Of a stretch of DNA of 64,000 bases, positions 1-10,095 are shown piece by piece. Within the stretch, counting starts at the first letter, position 1. The number at the start of each line of letters is the position of its first letter. This DNA comes from Eledone cirrhosa (lineage: Eukaryota), in contig OZ024740.1 of the NCBI GenBank assembly GCA_964016885.1, positions 207,948,001 to 208,012,000 on the forward strand, read 5' to 3'. Position numbers and translations under genes: made by a program. The notes below the pieces were generated by a model. The model worked only from the letters and a program-made list of their open reading frames with translations. It ran no database searches and was not told the DNA's origin.

Positions 1-260
1 TATACATATATGTATATATATATGTATATATGTATATGTATATATATATAAACGGAAAAAATGAAACGAAATTTCATTTCCCACTCTTAGTACGGCTGTT
101 ACTTAAATATAAGTATGTACACGTACATACATATATGTATACAGACGTACAGTAGTATGTATATTTATATACATACATGCACACATATATATATGTACGT
201 ATGGATTCACCGAACATTTATTATAATGCTCGGTGTGTTTGTAAACAAACATATATATAT

Positions 261-264
<4 letters not shown>

Positions 265-340
<76 letters not shown>

Positions 341-348
341 AGAGAGAG
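265..348. repeat. (AG)n microsatellite
   Basis: Direct read of a long AG run. Confidence 0.95.
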
Positions 349-383
349 ATTACTGAATCGGATTGTACCAGTGTCTATATAAT

Positions 384-556
384 AATTATTTCTACTTTTG
401 GCACAAGACCACCAATTATCCCAGTGTATTACTGGTACTTTATTTTATCGACCCCGTAAGGATGAAAGGCAAAGTTAAGCTCTGCGGGATTTGAAATCAG
501 ACCATAAAGGGTCGTAATTCTTTGCTGCAAAGCATGACGTCCGACCCTGTACCGAT
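384..556 (-). mobile_element. tRNA-derived SINE family 1 copy (5' end clipped)
   Basis: Reverse complement of the repeat at 29956-30133 (core GCCTTTCATCCTTACGGGGTCGATAAAATAAAGTACCAGT); many copies in the window. Confidence 0.8.
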
Positions 557-1128
557 AATAAAAAATGAACTCAATAATTCAAATCAAGTTATATATCTTA
601 TATGTATAATACATACTTTATATTTTCTACACGGGTAGATATGCGGATATAAAACACAGACCACTAAAAATAGCTGTAAAGCCATACCTAGAAATAGCTA
701 TCATCCAGGATATTTAAACCAAATCAAGTGGTTTCACATTTTCCCTCTTACGTATTGAATCACGGAAAACATTTGATTGTCCTCATCCGGCTGTAACAAA
801 GACAAATCATTTAATCACAGCTGCGGCGTGGCGAGTAATTTACATGACGCAATATCATATCTCTAGTATCTCTAGTAAGTCTCAGTTTCCACAAATTACA
901 CATATCACCACAAGATACCTCTGAACATGACATAATACTTTTTTTATTGGAGAACGTAAGAAGTTTTTAATATATTCTATAATCCTTATTTTTACTTAAC
1001 AATTTTACAGAAATAGAGAAGAAGATTTAAAAGAAAATATAATTTTTCGATATTAAAATTAAATGATAGTATTGTCTCCTCCTGGCAACCAATATTTTTA
1101 GACTAAGTCCGCCAATGCATACATACAT

Positions 1129-1639
1129 GATGGCTGCAAACTTTGCTAAGAGTAATACAATCGCTTGTCAGATTATAGAGTTTGGTGTACTTTTAGGCAA
1201 CGGCCAGCCACACAAACCTGTAACATATCCTGAACAAGCAATGCCTGTACTTTGAAGGTTTTGGGGGTGGGCAAAGCCTTGCATCGAAAACACTACCCGA
1301 AAAGGAGAACTGGTCAACATCATCGGATGCTTCCGAAGCCGCAAGTTATTTTTTTTTTTTTAAGAGTTTCCCTCTCCTAGAAAGGTGTTGCGATAACAAC
1401 TGGGGGCCTTTCACTCCCAGGTGAACAGTAAAGTACTATTTGGATGGCCGTTGACTCTACTGAGTTCCTCCGCCCTTTGCCGGGTCTTGTATTTCTTCCC
1501 GCAGGGTGTCCAAATATCACCCTCTTCAACCAGCTAGCTTGGTGGGGTTGCCGGTTTAGTCGCCGACGACCCGATCATGTGACAGGCTGTACTGGGTTAC
1601 ATGTTACAAGTAGCTCTCGTGAGGCACCTGACATAAACG
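1129..1639 (-). mobile_element. Non-autonomous RTE-derived retroelement, diverged subfamily
   Basis: Its minus-strand 5' region (plus-strand GGTGGGGTTGCCGGTTTAGTCGCC...CCTGACATAAAC) is homologous to the copies at 6005-6608 and 6839-7450. It has an RTE-like CTAGGAGAGGGAAACTCT motif and TACA repeats on both sides. Confidence 0.65.
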
Positions 1640-1654
1640 TACATACATACATAC

Positions 1655-1685
<31 letters not shown>

Positions 1686-1730
1686 CATACATACATACAT
1701 ACATACATACATACATACATACATACATAC

Positions 1731-1761
<31 letters not shown>

Positions 1762-1832
1762 CTTACATACATACATACATTAGAGAAAGAGAAAACATAC
1801 ATACATACATACATACTTACATACATACATAC

Positions 1833-1863
<31 letters not shown>

Positions 1864-1876
1864 CATACATACATAC

Positions 1877-1907
<31 letters not shown>

Positions 1908-1928
1908 CATACATACATACATACATAC

Positions 1929-1959
<31 letters not shown>

Positions 1960-2062
1960 CATACATACATACATACATACATACATACATACTTACATAC
2001 ATACATACATTAGAGAAAGAGAAAACATACATACATACATACATACTTACATACATACATAC

Positions 2063-2093
<31 letters not shown>

Positions 2094-2210
2094 CATACAT
2101 ACATACAAACATACATACATACATGCATACATACATACATACATACATACAAACATACATACATACATGCATACATACATACATACATACATGCATACAT
2201 ACATACATAC

Positions 2211-2241
<31 letters not shown>

Positions 2242-2298
2242 CATACAAACATACATACATACATACATACATACATACATACATACATACATACATAC

Positions 2299-2329
<31 letters not shown>

Positions 2330-2768
2330 CAAACATACATACATACATGCATACATACATACATACATACATACATACATACATACATACATACATACAT
2401 ACTTACATACATACATACAAACATACATACAAACATACATACATACATACATACATACTTACATACATACATACATACATGCATACATACATACATACAT
2501 ACATACATACATACATACATACATACAAACATACATACATGCATACATACATACATACATACATGCATACATACATACATACTTACATACATACATACAT
2601 ACATGCATACATACATACATACATACATACATACATACATACATACATACATACAAACATACATACATGCATACATACATACATACATACATACATGCAT
2701 ACATACATACATACTTACATACATACATACATGCATACATACATACATACATACATACATACATACAT
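1640..2768. repeat. (TACA)n microsatellite array with two embedded TAGAGAAAGAGAAA inserts (1781, 2011)
   Basis: Direct read; variant units TACT, AACA and TGCA. Confidence 0.95.
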
Positions 2769-5709
2769 AGAAACGACATTTGAAACGCTCAATGTTTTGT
2801 TATATGTTTCAGCTGTCACATTGCTATCATATAACACACATCTAAAACCACGCAATCGAGATACAAACAGAAAGCCTGAACCAGCGTGGATGCGAAATTT
2901 AAAAACCAAAATTTTGTCCCTGAGACGAAGTATCTCACACATCGCAGTCGTTATGAAATGCAACATAGAGAGAAACTTCACACGACACCAGGAAGACCTA
3001 AAGAAAAATTTAGAGAGACGATTTGGAGATACAAAATTTAAAACTTTGAACTCCAAATTACACCAGTTGAAACAACAACTCACAGCTACAACAGAAAGAC
3101 TAAAATATAAGTCAACAGCCCATAAACGACAAGTGCTAAATAGATTGTTTGCCAGAGATCCTAAATCAGTTTATCGCAGCTTCGGTGGCAAAAGCTCAAT
3201 CCCTGTAAACGACACCCCTTCAAAAGAACAGGTTGAGAACTACTGGAGATCTGTATGGGAAACGGATGACGGATTCAACAGACAAGCTAATTGGCTAAAA
3301 CAACTGGAACAGGACTACTGCCAACATGTCCAGACAAAACAATATGACATAGATGGGTCAATACTGGAAACAGCTCTACAGAAAATGTCGAATAGGAAAT
3401 CGCCAGGCCCAGACCTCATTACAGGATACTGGTTGAAGAATTTCACTTTCTATCGGCAAGATCTCATACGGCTGTTTACAGAAACCATTAAGGGCACACA
3501 AGAACTGCCCAGATGGTTATCAACTGCCACTACTCTCCTCATTCCCAAAAATAGCCAAACCACCCTTGCTAAAAATTACCGCCCAATTGCCTGCCAAAAC
3601 ATCATGTATAAATTATATACTGGGTGCCTTAACCTGTTCTTACAGGATCACTGTGCTACCAACAACATCATAACACCTGAGCAAGCTGGTGGAAAGAGGG
3701 AGGTGTGGGGTTGCATAGATCACCTACTAACTAACAAAATGATTCAGGAAAAAACAACAAAGAATCGCAGAAACATGACTGTCGTGTGGCTGGACTATCA
3801 AAAAGCATTTGATAGTGTACCTCATGGGTGGATTATTAAGGCTTTACAGTTAGCTAAAGTCCCACAACCATTAGTAGCTGCTGTTGAACGCCTGACCAAG
3901 AACTGGTACACCAATTTGATCCTTAGAGGTGAGAAGGAGCAGGTTAAGACTGATAGGATACATTACCAGAAGGGCATCTTTCAGGGTGATAGCTTGTCAG
4001 TACTACTCTTCGTTCTCTCACTGAATCCACTATGTTACCTACTCAGGAAACAAGGTGGACAAAGAAGTGGGCCCAGAAGTATCTCCCATCTTTTCTTTGT
4101 TGATGACCTGAAGTTGTATGGGCCAAATATCAATGACATCAAGAAACAATTGGACCTCATTACACAATTTTCAACCGACATCAAAATGAAATTTGGTGAG
4201 TCCAAGTGTGCATATTTGGCAGTAAAACGTGGAAGAGCTGTGCCCTCCTCTAGAAATCTAGATATGAACGGCCTGACAATACAACCTCTGCAGTCAGGTG
4301 ACAACTACAGATATCTTGGACAGGATGAGAATGTCAGATATGATGGACCCATAAATAAGGAGAGAACCAGAACTGAATACCTCAGAAGAGTAAAAAAAAT
4401 ATGGTCATCAGAACTGTCAGCATACAACAAATACATTGCCCACAATACCTATGCTGTGCCAATTATAACGCCAACATTTGGCCTACTGAACTGGTCATTG
4501 CAAGAACTAAGTGAGATGGATGTTAGAACTCGTAAACTTCTCAGTGTTACTGGGAACTTTAACATCAATGGTGATGTGGATAGGCTATACTTCTCACGCA
4601 AGGAAGGTGGCCGGGGTCTAAAATCAATATTAACAACATATGAGACCCGGATAGTAACACTGAAGCAACACCTTCAACAGAGGAAAAAGGTTGGCGACCA
4701 TCTTGCTCAGGTTTATGAGCATGAAAAAAGAAATATCATTAGAATAGCGACTGATCTGGAGGAGAGATATGGAATAAAGCCTGATATAAATCTCTCACCC
4801 AGAGAAATCGGAAGATCCTATTCAATGTTCAAACAAGAAAAAAAAATTGACCAATTTACAGAGAAAGTTGTGCATGGATACTTGAGGCGTAAAACACAGA
4901 CCATAGAGGGGATAAACCACTCAAAAAGCCTGGCATGGAGTTCCGACAAGTTTATGACATCACACCTTGAGGGATATCTCTATGCAATACAGGAACAAGA
5001 ACTCCCTACCAAATATCTGCTGCACAAAAGAGGAGGGCCAGCAGCTGACAATAAATGTAGGCTATGTAAAACAAAGATCGAGGATGTAAGCCACATTGTT
5101 GCCAGCTGCGAAAGAATGTCATCTCGCTACTACCTCCCCATGAGACACGATGGGATAGCTAGAACTATCTGGAACGCACTTCGGAAAACAAAATTAACAA
5201 CAAACGAGGAAGAATATATTGAGACAGATGGCACTAAGGAATACTGGTGGAACCTGAAAATAAAAACTGCCACCAAATTAAAGCACAACCGGCCTGATAT
5301 TGTAGTTTGGGACCACACATTGAAAACGTGTTCTGTTGTGGAGATCAGCTGCCCACTTGATGTAAACGTTGTCAGAAAAATACAGGAGAAGGAGGACATC
5401 TACGGACCATTGATGAGGAGCTTACAAATCCAGTATCCAAGATACACCTTTAGCTTCATACCCATCATTATTGGTGCTACGGGTTATATACCAACCCGCT
5501 TGGACCAAAGTATGACCGAACTTGGATTTGCGGACAAAAAGCGCAGCTCCCTAATTCATAGTCTACAAATGGCTGCGATAGCTGGCACCTTCAAAATATG
5601 CAAAACATTCTTGCGATTCAAGGGATGACAATTTCTTTTCTTTTACAACCTTGCCACCAGGAAGGTGGCCGGTCAAAAAAATATACTCGAAATTAAGAGA
5701 AAGAGAAAA
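2769..5709 (+). mobile_element. Non-LTR retrotransposon, R4/Dong-like (RT + restriction-like endonuclease), 5'-truncated, inserted in (TACA)n
   Basis: Single ORF plus an ~80 bp 3' UTR ending AAGAGAAAGAGAAA|ACATAC; no poly(A); TACA arrays on both flanks. Confidence 0.88.
2770..5628 (+). CDS. RT-RLE polyprotein (N-terminus missing; the upstream HTYI repeat of the track ORF is microsatellite)
   Basis: RT motifs NYRPIAC, WLDYQKAFDSVPH, GIFQGDSLS, HLFFVDDLKLY, YRYLG, RKEGGRGL. CCHC finger CRLCx8Hx4C, RHD motif, and PD-(D/E)xK-type RPDIVVWD...VVEISCP. No stops or frameshifts over ~950 codons. Confidence 0.92.
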   Translation, partial: ETTFETLNVLLYVSAVTLLSYNTHLKPRNRDTNRKPEPAWMRNLKTKILSLRRSISHIAVVMKCNIERNFTRHQEDLKKNLERRFGDTKFKTLNSKLHQLKQQLTATTERLKYKSTAHKRQVLNRLFARDPKSVYRSFGGKSSIPVNDTPSKEQVENYWRSVWETDDGFNRQANWLKQLEQDYCQHVQTKQYDIDGSILETALQKMSNRKSPGPDLITGYWLKNFTFYRQDLIRLFTETIKGTQELPRWLSTATTLLIPKNSQTTLAKNYRPIACQNIMYKLYTGCLNLFLQDHCATNNIITPEQAGGKREVWGCIDHLLTNKMIQEKTTKNRRNMTVVWLDYQKAFDSVPHGWIIKALQLAKVPQPLVAAVERLTKNWYTNLILRGEKEQVKTDRIHYQKGIFQGDSLSVLLFVLSLNPLCYLLRKQGGQRSGPRSISHLFFVDDLKLYGPNINDIKKQLDLITQFSTDIKMKFGESKCAYLAVKRGRAVPSSRNLDMNGLTIQPLQSGDNYRYLGQDENVRYDGPINKERTRTEYLRRVKKIWSSELSAYNKYIAHNTYAVPIITPTFGLLNWSLQELSEMDVRTRKLLSVTGNFNINGDVDRLYFSRKEGGRGLKSILTTYETRIVTLKQHLQQRKKVGDHLAQVYEHEKRNIIRIATDLEERYGIKPDINLSPREIGRSYSMFKQEKKIDQFTEKVVHGYLRRKTQTIEGINHSKSLAWSSDKFMTSHLEGYLYAIQEQELPTKYLLHKRGGPAADNKCRLCKTKIEDVSHIVASCERMSSRYYLPMRHDGIARTIWNALRKTKLTTNEEEYIETDGTKEYWWNLKIKTATKLKHNRPDIVVWDHTLKTCSVVEISCPLDVNVVRKIQEKEDIYGPLMRSLQIQYPRYTFSFIPIIIGATGYIPTRLDQSMTELGFADKKRSSLIHSLQMAAIAGTFKICKTFLRFKG

Positions 5710-6004
5710 CATACAAACATACATACATACATGCATACATACATACATACATACATACATACATACATACATACATACATACATACATACATACATACAA
5801 ACATACATACATACATGCATACATACATACATACATACATACATACATACATACATACATACATACATACATACATACTTACATACATACATACAAACAT
5901 ACATACAAACATACATACATACTTACATACATACATACTCACATACATACATACATACATACATACATACATACATACAAACATACATACATACATGCAT
6001 ACAT
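5710..6004. repeat. (TACA)n microsatellite array
   Basis: Direct read. Confidence 0.95.
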
Positions 6005-6608
6005 GGTGGCTGCCAACTCGTTTTCGAGTACGGCCACTACTTTATATCCATGTAGGAGAACCCCTACTGATGCGCTGAACGAGTGTGACTTTTTAGTCCA
6101 GCCAGCGACTTGAAAGCTCTGGTACAAACACTACACTTGTGACAATTATTGACACATAGTGCTGGGCCCATGGTACCATGTGACGACAAATGCAGAGAGA
6201 TCTCCAGATATAAAGCAATGCCTGTGCCGTGAAGCTTTTATAGTGAGCAAAGGCACTGCACAAAGCCAGTCCCACTCTCTTAACCAAGATGATATTTACC
6301 AAAAAGAAGAACAAGTCAACATCATTGGATACCATCAGGGTTGCAGGTGTTATATCAGAGTTTTCCTTCTCCTAGAATTCTGCCTTGACAAAGGCTAAGG
6401 GGTCATCTCTCCCGGTGATTTTGGATGGCCATTGACTCTTAAGAGCTCCTTTGCCCTTTGACAGGTTTTGTTTTTAGTCCTGCAGGATGTCCAAAGTCAC
6501 CCTCCTCACCAAGAAACCTTGGTGGGGTTGCCAGTTTAGTCGCCAACGACCCGACCATGGGACAGGTTGTACTGGAATACATGTTACCAGTAGCACCAAC
6601 TGGTGACC
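6005..6608 (-). mobile_element. Bipartite non-autonomous RTE-derived element, copy 1
   Basis: Minus strand carries the RTE 5'UTR-like CTAGGAGAAGGAAAACTCTGA and a 3' part encoding a C-terminal zinc-finger-like remnant (CSVCTRAFKSLAGLKSH), followed by a (TATG)n tail. Confidence 0.7.
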
Positions 6609-6748
6609 ATACATATGTACATGCATACATACATACATACATACATACATACATACATACATACATACATACTTACATACATACATACAAACATACATAC
6701 AAACATACATACATACATACATACATACATACTTACATACATACATAC

Positions 6749-6779
<31 letters not shown>

Positions 6780-6838
6780 CATACATACATACATACATAC
6801 AAACATACATACATACAAACATACATACATACATGCAT

Positions 6839-7450
6839 GGTGGCTGCCAACTCGTTTTCGAGTACGGCCACTACTTTATATCCATGTAGGAGAACCCCTA
6901 CCGATGCGCTGAACGAGTGTGACTTTTTAGTCCAGCCAGCGACTTGAAAACTCTGGTACAAACACTACACTTGTGACAATTACTGACACAGTGCTGGGCC
7001 CATGGTACCATGTGACGACAAGTGCAGAGAGATCTCCAGATATAAAGCAATGCCTGTGCCGTGAAGCTTTTATAGTGAGCAAAGGCACTGCACAAAGCCA
7101 GTCCCACTCTCTTAACCAAGATGATATTTACCAAAAAGAAGAACAAGTCAACATCATTGGATACCATCAGAGTTGCAGGTGTTATATCAGAGTTTTCCTT
7201 CTCCTAGAATTCTGCCTTGACAAAGGCTAAGGGGTCATCTCTCCCGGTGATTTTGGATGGCCATTGACTCTTAAGAGCTCCTTTGCCCTTTGACAGGTTT
7301 TGTTTTTAGTCCTGCAGGATGTCCAAAGTCACCCTCCTCACCAAGAAACCTTGGTGGGGTTGCCAGTTTAGTCGCCAACGACCCGACCATGGGACAGGTT
7401 GTACTGGGATACATGTTACCAGTAGCACCAACTGGTGACCTGACATAAAC
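6839..7450 (-). mobile_element. Bipartite non-autonomous RTE-derived element, copy 2 (near-identical to copy 1)
   Basis: Aligns almost base for base with 6005-6608, separated by ~230 bp of TACA. Track ORF 6898..7167 ends CHKCSVCTRVFKSLAGLKSHTRSAHR. Confidence 0.7.
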
Positions 7451-7634
7451 ATACATGCATACATACATATATACAGACAGACAGTATGAGGAAGAATGTG
7501 GAAAAGAGGCCAGTAAATAGAGGAGAATGTGGGGGGGGGGTAGAATATGAGACGGTAAAGTAATCAAATCAAAGTATAGATAAATAGAACATAAACAATA
7601 GGTAAAAGACCGAAACATCGCTGAACCCCCCCCC

Positions 7635-7660
7635 ACACACACACACACACACATATATAC

Positions 7661-7691
<31 letters not shown>

Positions 7692-7723
7692 CATTATGTA
7701 CGTTTGTACATATATATATGTAC

Positions 7724-7780
<57 letters not shown>

Positions 7781-7842
7781 TATATATAAATGAAAGTATA
7801 GAAATTATTGTGAGCGTGAAGCCATATATATATAGGTACCTG

Positions 7843-7878
<36 letters not shown>

Positions 7879-7911
7879 GGTACCTATGTACATATATCTA
7901 TGTTTGTACGT

Positions 7912-7964
<53 letters not shown>

Positions 7965-8022
7965 TGTATATGTGTGTGTACGCATGTAATCAATATATGA
8001 TCTATCAGTTCTCTGTAAAATG

Positions 8023-8082
<60 letters not shown>

Positions 8083-8107
8083 CATACATGTATATATATA
8101 TACATGC

Positions 8108-8138
<31 letters not shown>

Positions 8139-8210
8139 CATACATGCATATATATATATATATATATATATATGCATGCATGTATGTATGTATGTATGTA
8201 TGTATGTATG

Positions 8211-8273
<63 letters not shown>

Positions 8274-8288
8274 GCATACATACATATG

Positions 8289-8324
<36 letters not shown>

Positions 8325-8330
8325 CATTTA
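7635..8330. repeat. Compound (CA)n/(TA)n/(TATG)n microsatellite block
   Basis: Direct read. Confidence 0.9.
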
Positions 8331-8746
8331 TATGCCTGTGTGTAGATGAATGCATGTCTATGATGTCTATATTGCTTACATATAAAGTGCATGAGAAATC
8401 GGAGAGGGGAGACATAAAAACAGAGGAGGGAAAAACGAGGAAAACAAAAAGATCACATGACTAAATTTCCGTTAAAGCTAAATTTTCAACCATGTTGAAC
8501 GTAATTACTATTGTAACAGTTGTGTATGGAAGTACGTGATCTGTTTATTGGTAAATTGGTAAGGCAGGTTGCTATGGAACTACATCTACTCACTACCATT
8601 TCTCTCTCCTCTCCTCTCTTTCTCCCACCTACACCCTCTCTCTCCTTCTCTTTCTTCTTTTATTATCGATTAAGCTATCTCACATTTGATATAAACTGTA
8701 TGCATATCTATATATCGATCAGTTTTGCAATCTCTATTTCGGTTTC

Positions 8747-8782
8747 TCTATCTATCTATCTGTCTATCTATCTACCTATCTA

Positions 8783-8841
<59 letters not shown>

Positions 8842-8842
8842 A
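8747..8842. repeat. (TATC)n array, left flank of the Tx1 cluster
   Basis: Direct read; includes variant block TGTCTATCTATCTACCTATC. Confidence 0.95.
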
Positions 8843-9848
8843 TGCCTTTCCGAGACTCGTCTCGCTCACCGAGCTACAGTCCTGGGTCAAGCAAAGATCC
8901 GGAAAACTGGGAGACTGGCACACTGAGTGTGCTCAGGCGCTCAGGGCTCTCTGGCAAACGGGCCAGGCCATCGGTGGAGAATCCACCTCATCATTCTATA
9001 GAAGGCTGGTGGCTAGCAGGGGCGATGACACCCTTGGAGAGTCGCTGGACATGGAAGAAGACGAACTGGCCAGCCTGTTCGGTAGGACTTTCGGCCCAGG
9101 ACCAATGGACAACTTCCAGAAGTCACTGGCCTGGCAGTGCTACCGGGGGGCTCTACCCGTTCGAGAGAGGCTCTACAGACACGGGCGCCCGGGCAGGGAT
9201 CCCTCAAAAAAGATTTGCCCTAGATGCGTGCGTCACGAAGAAACCGTTGCGCACGCATTGGTGCAATGTCCGGGCGTGGCTGATCTGTGGGGCTACGCCG
9301 AACAACTGCTGTCGCGGGTGGCGCCGATTAAATTGACCGCCGAGTCCGTGATGACAATCAAACCGCCTCCCCTCTTCACAAAGGAAGCAAAGCCGGTTTT
9401 TCTGTGCGTAGTAGCCATGTTGAAAGAGGTTGTTTGGTGGACACGATTGAAAGGTCTGAGGTCAGGCAACTTCCTCTCTGGCCATAGTCTGGTCTACTTC
9501 TTCCGATATCACTTCGGAAGAAGGATAAGAATGGAGAGAGAGGTGCTTGGCCACAGGCAGTTTTATGAAAGGTGGGTGATAGTGGCGAGAATGGCTCGTG
9601 TAAATGGGCCTTCTCTGTATACCATCCTGTAGGTAAAGAAGTAAAGGAGAGGGGAGCACCTTCTTCATGTGCTCCCCGGGCAAAGGATTGCACACTTTTT
9701 CGGGGGTGTGTGCAACCCCCATCACGTCCCCTCCCTTTTGAGGTTATTTTCGATTATTTTCATGTTACACCCTTTTTACTCGATTGTATGTAAACTCCCC
9801 CTTTGTATTTGTCCCTTCTTTTTATGCCTTTATGGTAAATAAAGAAAT
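8843..9848 (+). mobile_element. Tx1-like LINE copy A, 5'-truncated (ORF2 C-terminus to stop at 9632, plus 3' UTR)
   Basis: CPRCx5ETVAHALVQC zinc finger; nearly identical to copy D over 26215-26447; ends AATAAAGAAAT|ATATCTATC. Confidence 0.88.
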
Positions 9849-10095
9849 ATATCTATCTATCTATCTATCTATCTATCTCTGGGATGGACACACGCGTATA
9901 ACTTGCTGAGTAAGTTCTGTTTAAATTTCTATAGAAATTCTTGTCTGATAACTTTAATTTTTGTACCATTTTGTAGAGGGACTGCCAGGTCAAACTTTGA
10001 TCTGGTCAGTCTCTCAAAATATTCTACGCCTTTAGGCGAAATAGTTAAACAAAAAAAAAAAGTTTTTTCTTGTTGAAAAGTCAATATTTTTTTAA

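Noticed and set aside
2167-2769. N-terminal HTYI-repeat domain of the 1153-aa ORF
   Set aside because: It is translated (TACA)n microsatellite that happens to be in frame with the truncated retrotransposon ORF.
7330-7450. HDV-like ribozyme at the 5' end of the RTE-derived element
   Set aside because: Hairpins and a CTAA segment are present, but I could not build consistent P1/P2/P3 pairings in both subfamilies.
8520-8842. N-terminal part of the 370-aa ORF
   Set aside because: CT-rich and TATC flank fused by chance to Tx1 copy A.
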